Source: an uncultured Candidatus Saccharibacteria bacterium (GTDB lineage Bacteria; Patescibacteriota; Minisyncoccia; Phycocordibacterales; UBA2163). From it: a DNA stretch of 39,523 nucleotides. Below, piece by piece: positions 9,025 through 19,324 of this stretch. The DNA lies in assembly GCA_964575575.1 (NCBI GenBank), contig CAZNQQ010000005.1, forward strand, positions 1 through 39,523, given 5' to 3'. The first letter of the stretch is position 1, and each line of letters opens with the position of its first letter. Position numbers and translations under genes: made by a program. The notes under the pieces were generated by a model, which saw nothing but the letters and a program-made list of their open reading frames with translations, had not been told where the DNA came from and did not search any database.

Positions 9025-9834
9025 CTATTTTAAGCCATTTAGGAACATCCTAAATGCATTGTTTACAAGCACATCTTGTACTTTCTCTATATTTTCACCT
9101 CTTATTTCAGCAATTCTCTTAACTACCTCTTTTACGTGTATTGGCTCGCACCTTCTACCTCTATGAGGCACCGGAGCAACAAACGGGCAATCAGTCTCTG
9201 ACATTATACTTTCAAGTGGAATCTCTCTTATTATCTCATCATAGCTGTCTGCAAACGTTATTACTCCTGTAAAAGAAAGCGTAAAGCCTATCTCTACGAA
9301 CCTCTTTGCAATCTCTAAATTACCCGCAAAGAAGTGTGAGTTGCCTCGGAGCTTGTCACCATGTTCTTTTTTGTACCCACTTAGTATCTCAAGCCCATCT
9401 TCATATGCATCCATGCTTTCCCCCGACGGCCTGAAATGCAACATGAGCGGAAGATTATTTTCTAAAGCAAACTCAATTTGTTTAATAAAATTACTCTTTT
9501 GTCTTTTTTTATCGTCTTCGTTACCATTTAATCTAAAGTAATCCAAACCACACTCGCCTACTGCAACCACTTTTTTATTTTTCACCAATTCTTTATAGTC
9601 ATCTTTATTAAAATTTTCTTTTTTATTGTCATCTGGATGAAGTCCTACAGTCGCATAAACATTTTCATTTTTTTCAGCTAGCTCTACAACTTCTTTTGAA
9701 GTTTTTAAATCAGTACCCACAACAATAGCCCACACATCTTCACTGCGCATTCTGTCTATAACCTCATCTCTGTCATTATCAAACTTAGAGAAATTAATAT
9801 GTGAATGTATATCAAAATATTTCGGTTTCATCAT
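9025..9834 (-). CDS. tatD: TatD family nuclease
   Basis: DIHSH, VGLHP, AVGECGLDY, LMLH.R, SETDCPFVAP; likely start MMKPKY at 9834. Confidence 0.95.
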   Translation of the reverse strand: MMKPKYFDIHSHINFSKFDNDRDEVIDRMRSEDVWAIVVGTDLKTSKEVVELAEKNENVYATVGLHPDDNKKENFNKDDYKELVKNKKVVAVGECGLDYFRLNGNEDDKKRQKSNFIKQIEFALENNLPLMLHFRPSGESMDAYEDGLEILSGYKKEHGDKLRGNSHFFAGNLEIAKRFVEIGFTLSFTGVITFADSYDEIIREIPLESIMSETDCPFVAPVPHRGRRCEPIHVKEVVKRIAEIRGENIEKVQDVLVNNAFRMFLNGLK

Positions 9835-9849
9835 AAACTCAATTGTAAC

Positions 9850-9890
9850 AAAAAACCCCCAATGTCCAACTTGAAATTGGATATGGGGGT
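9850..9890 (-). terminator. Intrinsic terminator after pyrC
   Basis: Minus-strand hairpin ACCCCCATATCCAA-loop-TTGGACATTGGGGG followed by a T-run. Confidence 0.75.
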
Positions 9891-9896
9891 GTACAT

Positions 9897-10961
9897 CTAA
9901 TTTTTTACTGCATTCTCTAATATCTTCCATTGCAACTTCTCTCCTGCCATAAATGGTCGGATTCCATTACAAAGCATTGGTACTGTCCAATCTTTTCGTA
10001 TGAGGGTTGTATAATCTTCTATAGGCTCAATATCATACACCTTTTCAAGAAGATTTACTGCCAAGAAGTCATTCAAGTGTCCAAGCTTTGCATTTTCTTC
10101 TATAAAGACCTGTGTATACAATTCTGTTTTATGAAGTCCTGTAAATATCCCTGGTTTACCTGCAAGCTTATCTTTTACATAATGAGCTGCTGAATCACTA
10201 CCTGCTCCAAAATTCTTTCTTATATTTTCATCCTCCGATGTCACAGCTCTCCTTATCGCCAAACGATCTTCTCTACTATTAAGAACTGGGAGGCAGAAGT
10301 AAAATGGATCAAACTCACCATCATAATTATCATGAACAGTCTCGTCTTTTATAAGATGGTGTGCAGTAACCGTTGCCCAAATATTTTCATTTTCTATCAC
10401 AAAGTCTACCGCCTCTTTTGTAGAAACATGTTCCATAACTATCTTTAGTCCCGGGAAATGATGCAGCAATAGTGGCAAAATTTTATCAACAAATATTCTC
10501 TCCCTATCGTAATAACCTATACCATCTCCGACCACTTCTCCATGTAATGAAAGCGGCATTCTGATCTCCTGCATTCTGTCAAAAACAGGGTACATTCTTT
10601 TAATATCAGTTACGCCATCTTCAGAATTATTTGTCGCACCTGCTGGATACAACTTCGCCAAGCCCCAAACACCCCTTCTGAACCCTTCTTCAAGTTTGTC
10701 TATATCTGTATTGTCTGTAAGATAATACGTCATATATGGATCAAACTTAATTTCTTCTCGTTGGGACAAAAAACTAATCTGTCCTTCATACTTTATTGCC
10801 CTCTCAATAGTATTAATTATCTCCTTGAGATTTGGCATTGCGATTGCCCCACTAGCCTGCAAGAATGTAAACAATGCAATAGCATGAAGCAAATCATCTT
10901 CTCTAAAATGCATATGTCTATCAAACAACCTTCTAACTTTCAGACTTTCTATCTTTTGCAT
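9897..10961 (-). CDS. pyrC: Dihydroorotase (type II, E. coli PyrC-like)
   Basis: DRHMHFR, AMPNL, AKLYPAGATNNSEDGV, LHGEV, VMEHVST, TAHHL, FCLPVL, GSDSAAH; SD AAGGAG before ATG 10961. Confidence 0.9.
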   Translation of the reverse strand: MQKIESLKVRRLFDRHMHFREDDLLHAIALFTFLQASGAIAMPNLKEIINTIERAIKYEGQISFLSQREEIKFDPYMTYYLTDNTDIDKLEEGFRRGVWGLAKLYPAGATNNSEDGVTDIKRMYPVFDRMQEIRMPLSLHGEVVGDGIGYYDRERIFVDKILPLLLHHFPGLKIVMEHVSTKEAVDFVIENENIWATVTAHHLIKDETVHDNYDGEFDPFYFCLPVLNSREDRLAIRRAVTSEDENIRKNFGAGSDSAAHYVKDKLAGKPGIFTGLHKTELYTQVFIEENAKLGHLNDFLAVNLLEKVYDIEPIEDYTTLIRKDWTVPMLCNGIRPFMAGEKLQWKILENAVKN

Positions 10962-10975
10962 TTTTTCTACTCCTT

Positions 10976-11932
10976 TCAAAATAATTCGTAAGATCTTTTA
11001 ATTGTTGCTGGCATCCTACGCCAGCGTAGAATTCTTATTGACCCTAAAGAGATCGAGTTACCACCTACTTTATGTATAACGTTTACATCATCTGGACGAA
11101 GTATACCTCCACCAACATTGATATGTTTTTTAATACCTGCATATCTTGCCTCTTTTATCCAATCACAAACAAGTGGTAAAAGTCCGGCACCAGAGTATCC
11201 TCCACCCCCAAAACGTGCAAGTGGAGATGTTTTACTTCCAAACAACCCTTCCCAATCAATACGTTCTGGGAGTTTGCCCCATGGAATTGTATTTGAAACA
11301 CACAATGCATCACAGTGCTCACTTTCTGAAATTTCTTTTGCAACCTCTATTGGGGTTAAAACATTTAATTTTGGTATAACTGGTATATTAAGTTCTCCAA
11401 TCATTTCTAGACCAACCTTAATTTCATAAATCATTTCACCCCAATTTGTTTCGCGTTTATTTACGTTTGGACATGTTTCGTTTTTCTGTAAACCTATAGA
11501 CGCTTTGAATAAAGGTAGGTATTTTTTAAGTAAAAACAAATAACCTTTTAACTCCTCCAATCTTTCTTCTACAGTCTCTTTGACAGACATAAACGATAGA
11601 AAAAAAGGTTCTATCCTTTCTTGCCACCGTCCATCTTCAAAAAGTGATTTTGCACCAGGACCACTTAAACTTACTGCATTTAATGCAATACCTTTCCGAA
11701 AATCGACATATACACACTTTGGAAATAATTCTTTCGGAGTAATACCGTCATCTTTCATTGGCATATTACCTATTTTTTTATCCAAAGTTGTCGTCTTTGC
11801 AGTAAACGTAACACCATTAAACAAACGGTTAAATGGATCTGTTACTTTGTGAAAAGCATAACCTTCCCCGAAAAATCCCTGTACTCCTGACGCACCTAAC
11901 ACTGGACCAAAATCAATTCCTCTTAATTTCAT
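10976..11932 (-). CDS. pyrD: Dihydroorotate dehydrogenase, family 1-like
   Basis: GPVLGASG, TAKTTT, TCPNV, IPKLN, VSNT, GGGYSG, VGGGI; SD AAGGAG before ATG 11932. Confidence 0.82.
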   Translation of the reverse strand: MKLRGIDFGPVLGASGVQGFFGEGYAFHKVTDPFNRLFNGVTFTAKTTTLDKKIGNMPMKDDGITPKELFPKCVYVDFRKGIALNAVSLSGPGAKSLFEDGRWQERIEPFFLSFMSVKETVEERLEELKGYLFLLKKYLPLFKASIGLQKNETCPNVNKRETNWGEMIYEIKVGLEMIGELNIPVIPKLNVLTPIEVAKEISESEHCDALCVSNTIPWGKLPERIDWEGLFGSKTSPLARFGGGGYSGAGLLPLVCDWIKEARYAGIKKHINVGGGILRPDDVNVIHKVGGNSISLGSIRILRWRRMPATIKRSYELF

Positions 11933-12004
11933 TAATATCTCCTTATATAAATTGTCAAAAAATCTATTGTTTATATCGCTCAAGCGATTTATTTATCTTG
12001 TAGA

Positions 12005-12033
12005 AGAATACCTATGTGACAGCTTAAAGTCAA
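12005..12033 (-). promoter_or_regulatory. sigma70 promoter of the pyrD-pyrC cassette
   Basis: TTGACT-N17-TATTCT immediately after the metG stop. Confidence 0.65.
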
Positions 12034-13452
12034 TTACTTTCTCTCAAACAAAGTCTCAGGCATTTTGTTTGCTTTTACTGCTTCTTTTATTTTTTCTGAT
12101 GTTTCTGGGAGAATTGGGTTTAACATCCTGCCGATTGTGTATAATTTTATCACTGTATTTTTTATAATCTCAATTCCTTTTTCTTTATCTTCTTTTATTA
12201 CATTAAAAGGCTTTTCTGTCTGTATGTAGCCATCCAAACCTCCTATATGTTCCCATACAAGATCGCACACTTTACTTACTTCAAAATTATCAAGCAAATC
12301 TTTAAACTCTTGAGGGATTGTATTGTCTGGGAGTTCTACCGGCTTATCTAAGTGCGTCTCTGCGAGTTTCATAATTCTCGCTGTTAGGTTGCCGATGCCA
12401 TTTGCCAAGTTTGCATTATAAGCTTCTTTGAACTTCTCCATACCAAAATCACTATCCTCAAATGGATGTATGTGACGCGCCAAGTAGTAACGTAGAGCAT
12501 CTACACCATATTCTTTTACAATATCTTCTGGGTTTATAACATTGCCAACGCTTTTACTCATCTTAGCGCCATCTATTGTTATAAAGCCATGTATTACTAT
12601 CTGTTCTGACGGTGGCAACCCCACAGACATAAGCATCGCTTGCCACATCGCCGCTTGCTGACGTACTTGATCTTTACCAGCAAACTGTGTCACTGGCCAC
12701 CAAGTTTTAAATTTATCTAAATCATTCGGCCAACCAATAGCAGAGATATAGTTCACAAGCGCGTCAAACCATACATACATTACATGTTCGTCATCATCTG
12801 GCACTTCTACTCCCCACGGCATTTTACTTTTGAGGCGTGAAATACTAAAATCTTCCAAACCTCGCTCTACAAATTTTATAATTTCATTAAATCTAAAATC
12901 TGGGATCACTAAGTCTGGTTTTTCTTTATAAAGTTTTAAAAGTTTGTCGCCATAGTTTGAAAACTTAAAGAAATAGTTTTCTTCTTCTGTTATTTCAAGT
13001 TCTTTATCAGGATGCTCAGGACAGCAACCATCCACAAGCTCGGAGTCTGTTCGTTCAAGCTCACAACTTACACAATACTTTGTTTTATATAATTTTTTAT
13101 AAATATCTCCATTTGCAAGACTCTGCTTCCAAAACTCTTGCGCTGCTTTTTTATGATTCTCGTCTGTGGTGCGTATAAAGTTGTCATAACTTAAGTTAAG
13201 TGTGTCTTTAAGTTTTCGAAATCTTTCTGCATATTCATCTGTATATTTTTGCGGATCTTGTTTTACTTCAAGTGCTTTTGTGTAAACTTTTTGTCCATGT
13301 TCGTCTACACCAGTATTAAAAAACACATTATCGCCAACTAGTCGTCTATGACGAGCGACAATGTCAGCCGTTACAAATTCATACGCCGCTCCTATGTGGG
13401 GATCGGCATTTACATATGGAAGTGTTGTCGTCAGATAAAAATTCTTACTCAT
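12034..13452 (-). CDS. metG: Methionine--tRNA ligase (short form)
   Basis: FYLTTTLPYVNADPHIG, TGVDEHGQK, YVWFDALVNY, KMSKS. Confidence 0.97.
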   Translation of the reverse strand: MSKNFYLTTTLPYVNADPHIGAAYEFVTADIVARHRRLVGDNVFFNTGVDEHGQKVYTKALEVKQDPQKYTDEYAERFRKLKDTLNLSYDNFIRTTDENHKKAAQEFWKQSLANGDIYKKLYKTKYCVSCELERTDSELVDGCCPEHPDKELEITEEENYFFKFSNYGDKLLKLYKEKPDLVIPDFRFNEIIKFVERGLEDFSISRLKSKMPWGVEVPDDDEHVMYVWFDALVNYISAIGWPNDLDKFKTWWPVTQFAGKDQVRQQAAMWQAMLMSVGLPPSEQIVIHGFITIDGAKMSKSVGNVINPEDIVKEYGVDALRYYLARHIHPFEDSDFGMEKFKEAYNANLANGIGNLTARIMKLAETHLDKPVELPDNTIPQEFKDLLDNFEVSKVCDLVWEHIGGLDGYIQTEKPFNVIKEDKEKGIEIIKNTVIKLYTIGRMLNPILPETSEKIKEAVKANKMPETLFERK

Positions 13453-13454
13453 AC

Positions 13455-14543
13455 CTACTCTACTGCTTTAATACGGCCATTTTGTGGATTCTTTTTCAAG
13501 AATGTTTCCTTTTCTTTTTGAACGTCTTTTATAAACTCCTGAACAATAGCAGCAACAGGTACCGCCAAAATAATACCAAGGAAACCAGCAAATTGCCCAC
13601 CAATAATAAGCGCGAGTATTACAAGCAGTGGTGGCACTCCTACCACCTTTGTTACCACAAGTGGATAAATAAGGTGGTTTTCAAACTGCTGAATAATCAC
13701 ATAAAGTCCTGTAACCATAAGCCCTAAAGTTACCCCACCATCAACAGACGCTATTACAACTCCAGGAATAGCTGCCAAAAACGCACCGAAAAGCGGTATA
13801 AGTTCAAATATACCAGCAAGCACTGCGAGAAGTAGTGCGTAGCGAACATCAAGTATTGTAAGACCCATATATACCAAGACCCCTACAATGATGGCGAGTA
13901 TCAGCTGTCCTTGCATCCACCTACCTATCTTTATCTGCGAACGCCTCCACAGATTAAGAACATAGTTTTGATGCTTCACAGGACTTACAACACGAAGAAA
14001 GTCATCAATCCCCGTCTCTTGTACTGCAAAATAAAAAGAGAACACTATTATAAGAACGAAACTAAACGCTCCACCAAAGATAACACTGATTGACTTTAAG
14101 AAACCTTCAGACAGATTGTTAAATGATTCTTGAATACTAGCCACGGCATCACGTACAGAAAAAGTTTTTACGATTGACTCTGGACCACTTAACAAATCTC
14201 CCCCGAAAGAACCTGGCAAATCAATAGAGTTTGTATACGTAGGCAAAAGTGTTAAAAAGTTTGAAGTTTCTTGAAGTAAAGTAGGTACGAAAAAATAAAA
14301 GATGCTAAGCAATCCTACAAGCATTAGTACGTACACTAAAAGCACAGCGACAACTCTTGGCACTTTGTATCCCACAAACCATTTGGTTATAGGTTCAATG
14401 GCAGACGCTATCACTATCGCAGTAAGTACGATAAGTACAAGATCTTTCAAGAAAAACAATGCCGCAACCAAAAGCAACAGTAAAATACCTTTTATAATAG
14501 TTCCGGAACTGATCGTAATATTCATGTTTTTTAGATGTTCCAT
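13455..14543 (-). CDS. AI-2E (PerM) family transporter
   Basis: Multi-TM; WMQGQL, FELIPLFGAFLA.IP, IQQFENHLIYP.V...VGVPP, GFLGIILAVP. Confidence 0.92.
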   Translation of the reverse strand: MEHLKNMNITISSGTIIKGILLLLLVAALFFLKDLVLIVLTAIVIASAIEPITKWFVGYKVPRVVAVLLVYVLMLVGLLSIFYFFVPTLLQETSNFLTLLPTYTNSIDLPGSFGGDLLSGPESIVKTFSVRDAVASIQESFNNLSEGFLKSISVIFGGAFSFVLIIVFSFYFAVQETGIDDFLRVVSPVKHQNYVLNLWRRSQIKIGRWMQGQLILAIIVGVLVYMGLTILDVRYALLLAVLAGIFELIPLFGAFLAAIPGVVIASVDGGVTLGLMVTGLYVIIQQFENHLIYPLVVTKVVGVPPLLVILALIIGGQFAGFLGIILAVPVAAIVQEFIKDVQKEKETFLKKNPQNGRIKAVE

Positions 14544-14561
14544 ATTATTAGTATGATAACA

Positions 14562-15851
14562 CTATATTCTAATAGATGAAATAATATCTTCTATTTTTAT
14601 GCGTTTTTGCTCTCCACTGTCGCGGTCGCGTAATGTTACTGTGCCGTCCTCAAGTGTGTCAAAATCTATTGTTATGCAGTTGGGTGTGCCTATTTCGTCT
14701 TGTCTTCTGTATCTTTTACCAATATTGCCATTGTCGTCAAACATAATCTGCGGTACTTCTTTTCTTATCATTTCAAACACTTCTCGTGCTTTTGTTACAA
14801 GATCTGGCTTATTCTTAAGGAGTGGGAATACTGCTACTTTTACTGGGGCAATATTTGCAGGCAAGCTAAGATAAGCCCTTTTTTCACCACCGAGTTCATC
14901 TTCTGTATAACTTTCTGAAAGCACCGCTAGCACTGTTCTGTCCAAACCAAAAGTTGGTTCTATGACATGTGGTATAAACTTCTCTCCTGCTACATCGTCT
15001 GTATAATCAAGTTTATGATTTTTCAAATCGTAATCAGTTCTGTAAGCAAGTCCATATAATTCTTTTCTACCAAATGGATAGTCATACTCAAAATCAATAG
15101 TTCTTTTTGAGTAATGCGCTAGATCATCTCCAGTTACTTCAAGTTCATGTACATTTTCTTTCTTCAACCCTATTTCTTCTATCCATTCCCACATTTGTTT
15201 TCGCCAATATTCAAAATATTTCTCCCAATCCTCTTCTTTTATAAAATACTCAAACTCCATGAGGTTAAATTCCCTCACACGAAACAAGAAATCACGTGGT
15301 GCTATTTCATTTCTAAAAGCTTTGCCACTCTGTGCAATACCAAACGGAAGTCGTGGATGAAATGAGTCAATTATATTTTTAAAATTAGTAAACATTCCTT
15401 GTGCTATCTCTCCACGAAGATATCCCTTATTTGTATCTCCTACCGTGCTTCCCATTTCGAGTGGAAAGAGTAGGCTAAAAGTTTTTTCTTCGCCTAATTT
15501 ACCTTTGCACTCAGGACAATTATCTTTATCTTCAAGATGATCTGCACGAAAGCGCTTTTTACATTTTGTACACTCAATCATCGGATCAGTAAAACCACTA
15601 AGATGCCCACTTGCCTGCCATACACTCTCTGGCATGATAATACTTGAATCAAGTTTATACATATCTTCACGTTCTCTTATAAATTTCTTCTTCCACAAAT
15701 CTTCGATATTATCTTTAAGTGCCACACCAAGCGGACCATAATCCCAAGTGCCAGCAAGTCCTCCGTATATTTCAGAACCCTGATACACAAAACCTCGGCG
15801 CTTCGCTAGTGACACTATTTTCTCCATTTTGTTTTCTTCTTTTTGTTTCAT
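14562..15851 (-). CDS. glyQS: Glycine--tRNA ligase (alpha2 homodimer type)
   Basis: LAKRRGF..GSEIYGG, LRGEIAQG, GKAFRNEI.PR.FLFRVREF, IEPTFGLDR, IGKRYRRQDEIGTP. Confidence 0.97.
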   Translation of the reverse strand: MKQKEENKMEKIVSLAKRRGFVYQGSEIYGGLAGTWDYGPLGVALKDNIEDLWKKKFIREREDMYKLDSSIIMPESVWQASGHLSGFTDPMIECTKCKKRFRADHLEDKDNCPECKGKLGEEKTFSLLFPLEMGSTVGDTNKGYLRGEIAQGMFTNFKNIIDSFHPRLPFGIAQSGKAFRNEIAPRDFLFRVREFNLMEFEYFIKEEDWEKYFEYWRKQMWEWIEEIGLKKENVHELEVTGDDLAHYSKRTIDFEYDYPFGRKELYGLAYRTDYDLKNHKLDYTDDVAGEKFIPHVIEPTFGLDRTVLAVLSESYTEDELGGEKRAYLSLPANIAPVKVAVFPLLKNKPDLVTKAREVFEMIRKEVPQIMFDDNGNIGKRYRRQDEIGTPNCITIDFDTLEDGTVTLRDRDSGEQKRIKIEDIISSIRI

Positions 15852-15864
15852 ATTTTTATAAATT

Positions 15865-17787
15865 TTATTCTACTACACGTGCATCTTCAGATGAATACTG
15901 AGGATCTGTGAAGAGTCTTGTAGTCAACTCCTTCTTTACAGCGTTTATTTGAGTCTCAGAAAAACGGTCAAACCCTGTTATTGTCTGCTCATTTACGATT
16001 ATCGGCATCTCACCAATCTGACTCAAACTCGGCAGAAATGCAACCTGAAACGCCACCTCTCTCTGCCCTGTACTTGAAACGTCTGATTTAGGTTTAATAC
16101 TGCCAACGTTCCAGGTTATTCTACCACCATCAGGATTAAATGATATCTTCTCACTTGCCGGGCTTGTATTGCCAGTCCAGCGTACATATGAAGGCAATGT
16201 TGCTGTGACAGTTGTGTTGTCCACTACATTTGAAGAATTAGTAATAGTCCAAACAACAGTATATGTTGTTTCGCTCTCTACTTTAGGAGGTACTGGCCCA
16301 GTGTTTGTAAACGGTCCTGTAGAATAAACTGCACGTGGTGCAAGCAGAAGATCTGACGCAAGTTTTACTGTTCTGTTTATAGACGAGTCTATTGTCTGTG
16401 GTACCTGAGACTCTGAAATACGTTTACCTCTTACATTGATATCAAGAAATATTTCAGGATTACCAAACACATTGCCAGAAGACTGCCCAAAAGATGCAAA
16501 CGAGAATTTCGCTCTTCCAGATTCCCCAGGACTTAGAGATGCCATGTCTGCATTTGTCTCTCTGCTAAACGTAAGTGTGTTTGTAGACGAATTATAGAAG
16601 CCTTTGTCCGCTGATATTGATAATTTATCAAGTGACGCACCTGAAAACTTAATTTCAATCTCAACATCTGACACATTGACCGGCATGTTGTTCATCCATG
16701 TTATGTCTGCACGTATGTCGCCCCCTAGTGTAGAGACATACTCTGTAGATTTGTCTCCGTTTAGAGCAAGATCAACTTCTATAAATGATTTTTTAACAAC
16801 TATTGATTCTATTGATGTGATAAACGCAACACCGATTTCTTTTTCATCTCTTTCGTCTTGTACACCACTTGAAAACCTAAACACTCTTTCTTCTTCATTC
16901 TCTCCGACGATAATTCCTCGCAGTTTTATTTTTCTATTACTTTCAGGTTGTATGTCTCCCAAATCCCACACACTATCTGTAAATGCTGGCTCTGGAGTAG
17001 CTGAAGCAAACTCAAAACCAAACGGATACTCAACAGAAAGCAGTGCGTCTTTTATAATAGTATTTGAATTTGAAGTAACCACTACATCAAACTCAACCTC
17101 CTGACCTGACGTTATCTCGTTTACGTTGGACACCGAAAGGCTAAGTGGTGCAGAAACCAGAGTAACTTCGTACATCTTTTCTGTGAAAAAGATAGCGTTT
17201 GAGCCGTCTATTCTGTATTCAACAGTAACTTTTATGTTCTGTTGTGAGTCCTCAGAGCCAAGAAGTATTGCTTTGACAGTACGCTGTACTAACTCACCTG
17301 ATGATAGTGTGCCAAGTGTCTCACGGTGCCTAGGAAGTGCTTTGGAGATATCGGTTGCGCTTCTAGTACCGTCTGGGTATTCCACAAGAAGATCTGCGAG
17401 TTCTATTGCAACATTGTTTTCATTTGTAATAGCAATCTGCAAAGAAAGCTCCTCCCCACCGCTTATGGTCACAGGTCCTTCTATCTGAATATCGATATTT
17501 TGAGACGAGACAACGTTTGAACCGCCAAATATAAAAAACGAAGAAATAGCTATAGCTATAAGGAAGAACCCAACAGATGCAAAGAGAAGTAAAGAAAGTG
17601 CTGAATACTTTTTCTTCTTTTTCTCTTTAAAAACGGGTTTTTCACCTTGGTCGGACCACTTAGATCTTGCCCCGTAATCAATAGGGTTAAGCTGTCTGCG
17701 TTTCTTCTGTTCAATATTCCCGCCACTACGCGCATAAAGACGCCTTCGCATTTCTTCTATTTTACTTCTATCTGCTTCTTTTGACAT
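15865..17787 (-). CDS. Single-TM exported protein with tandem beta-sandwich (DUF11/Ig-like) domains
   Basis: Basic N-terminus, TM at about aa 62-87, repeated V.YP.GF.F..A.P...WDLGDI and LPSYVRW-type motifs. Confidence 0.7.
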   Translation of the reverse strand: MSKEADRSKIEEMRRRLYARSGGNIEQKKRRQLNPIDYGARSKWSDQGEKPVFKEKKKKKYSALSLLLFASVGFFLIAIAISSFFIFGGSNVVSSQNIDIQIEGPVTISGGEELSLQIAITNENNVAIELADLLVEYPDGTRSATDISKALPRHRETLGTLSSGELVQRTVKAILLGSEDSQQNIKVTVEYRIDGSNAIFFTEKMYEVTLVSAPLSLSVSNVNEITSGQEVEFDVVVTSNSNTIIKDALLSVEYPFGFEFASATPEPAFTDSVWDLGDIQPESNRKIKLRGIIVGENEEERVFRFSSGVQDERDEKEIGVAFITSIESIVVKKSFIEVDLALNGDKSTEYVSTLGGDIRADITWMNNMPVNVSDVEIEIKFSGASLDKLSISADKGFYNSSTNTLTFSRETNADMASLSPGESGRAKFSFASFGQSSGNVFGNPEIFLDINVRGKRISESQVPQTIDSSINRTVKLASDLLLAPRAVYSTGPFTNTGPVPPKVESETTYTVVWTITNSSNVVDNTTVTATLPSYVRWTGNTSPASEKISFNPDGGRITWNVGSIKPKSDVSSTGQREVAFQVAFLPSLSQIGEMPIIVNEQTITGFDRFSETQINAVKKELTTRLFTDPQYSSEDARVVE

Positions 17788-17814
17788 ATGTTTAAGTATA
17801 TCACAATGTATTGT

Positions 17815-18408
17815 CTACAAATGTGCTTCTTTGAGAGCCCTGTTTATAGCCGATACTATATTTTTTCTCTCTTTTTGAGTCTGTTCTAGTATATCTCTGT
17901 CTACGAAAGTCTTCTGTAGTACTTCGCCTAGTTTGTCTTTCTTTGCAATGTATCCAAGTGAGTAAAGAATGCGTAGCACCACAAGATGCTCAAAATTTTT
18001 AAGCGCTTTTTTGTCTATATTGTTGCCACGCAAGTATTCCAAACCATCTGAAAGAGTGTTAAACAAATATTCGTTCTTTTCTTCCCCGTGCACAAGCCTG
18101 TTTAGAAGATTTAATATTTGTGTAATCACAAATAGTTTATCTTCATCATCTTTGAGTTCCTGATGTAAGCTGTACCGCACCTGCGCCCCTGTTATCCTCC
18201 ACACTTCCTTCCCACGTACAAGTGTCGCATTTGTAAACGAAAGATTCTGCAAAGAATACCGAAGTTTTGATTTCTCTTCTCGTACACTTTTGGCAACTGC
18301 GCGCACTAAGCCGATCTCTTTTGTAAATAAAGATATATATCTATTGGCTTCTCCAGAATCATAACTCCCTAAAACTATACATTCTGTACTGTATAAAGTA
18401 TGGGACAT
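17815..18408 (-). CDS. recO: DNA repair protein RecO
   Basis: IVLGSYDSGEANRYISLFTKEIGLVRAVAKSVR..KSKLR OB-fold; LRILYSLGY. Confidence 0.9.
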   Translation of the reverse strand: MSHTLYSTECIVLGSYDSGEANRYISLFTKEIGLVRAVAKSVREEKSKLRYSLQNLSFTNATLVRGKEVWRITGAQVRYSLHQELKDDEDKLFVITQILNLLNRLVHGEEKNEYLFNTLSDGLEYLRGNNIDKKALKNFEHLVVLRILYSLGYIAKKDKLGEVLQKTFVDRDILEQTQKERKNIVSAINRALKEAHL

Positions 18409-18444
18409 AGATTAAGTATAAAGTTAAAAGTAGAAAGTAAGCCA

Positions 18445-18473
18445 TTGACAACATATATGATTTATGTTAAGGT
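18445..18473 (+). promoter_or_regulatory. sigma70 promoter of the metalloprotease cassette
   Basis: TTGACA-N17-TAAGGT with an extended -10 TG. Confidence 0.6.
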
Positions 18474-18518
18474 GTTGGTCGATACTGTACCTTTTTAATT
18501 TATTTTGGGAGATTTAAA

Positions 18519-19205
18519 ATGACAAGAGACGAATGGCTTAGATCCTCATCTTACTGGGCAATACAAACAATGAATGGAAAACGTACTCCAATAATTAATG
18601 GGGACAGATTTACACCATTATGGTGGACTGGGAAACAACCATTGATTCGTATATTTAGAGAGTCAAGTATCTCTCAAGAAACCATATCATTTGCTGGAAA
18701 CACAATCTTGGAAATAATGGGAAATATAGATAATAATATTATTCCTTCCCCAGAGATTGAGTTACGGGAACTTGATCAATCTGCAATTGGACAAATCAAT
18801 GATGCATGTATTCTTGGTAAAATAGACGACAATAAGCTTGCCGATATAGCTTTAGCAGAAAATTGTCGCAAATCACAACAACATGGAGATGTCTACATCA
18901 CGACAAAACAATTCGTTGATGATTCAGCATCTTGGGGCGCTGCAAGTTTTGAGCACGGAATGATGGTTTTAGCTTTACATGGAGACAGACAAAGAAATAT
19001 AAATTTCTTAAAAAACGTAATACACCATGAACTAGGACATATGTTGGGATCAAGATTACATTGCAACAAATATACTAACATAGATTCCTATATCTATGAC
19101 CCAAGCTGTGTAATGCATTACAGTTGCGCATCAAATAGAATGTGTGATAAATGCAAAGATTGGATTCGCCAATGGTGGATCCAAATAAAACACGAAGTGA
19201 GTTGA
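18519..19205 (+). CDS. Zn metalloprotease, archaemetzincin (M54)-like
   Basis: HELGHMLG...HC...CVMHYS...MCDKC: metzincin motif, Met-turn and Cys-rich second Zn site. Confidence 0.8.
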   Translation: MTRDEWLRSSSYWAIQTMNGKRTPIINGDRFTPLWWTGKQPLIRIFRESSISQETISFAGNTILEIMGNIDNNIIPSPEIELRELDQSAIGQINDACILGKIDDNKLADIALAENCRKSQQHGDVYITTKQFVDDSASWGAASFEHGMMVLALHGDRQRNINFLKNVIHHELGHMLGSRLHCNKYTNIDSYIYDPSCVMHYSCASNRMCDKCKDWIRQWWIQIKHEVS

Positions 19206-19226
19206 ATAGATAGCTAGCTAAACATT

Positions 19227-19258
19227 CTGCGGAAAGATTTTATCATCCGCAGTTTTTT
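19227..19258 (+). terminator. Intrinsic terminator
   Basis: CTGCGGA-N12-TCCGCAG-TTTTTT. Confidence 0.75.
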
Positions 19259-19288
19259 GTTTTTAACTTATCTTATATAATCTTGCTT

Positions 19289-19322
19289 TATACACTTACC
19301 CGCGATAGTAAGTAAATGTATA
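19289..19322. repeat. Quasi-palindromic site downstream of the PaaX/Cas2-like gene
   Basis: TATACACTTAC-CCGCGATAGTAA-GTAAATGTATA; inverted copy at 19902-19931. Confidence 0.8.
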
Positions 19323-19324
19323 AA

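Noticed and set aside
9835-9930. N-terminal extension of TatD in the ORF track (likewise the extensions of pyrD and PduO)
   Set aside because: The extensions run through terminator or promoter DNA; downstream ATGs match the family N-termini.
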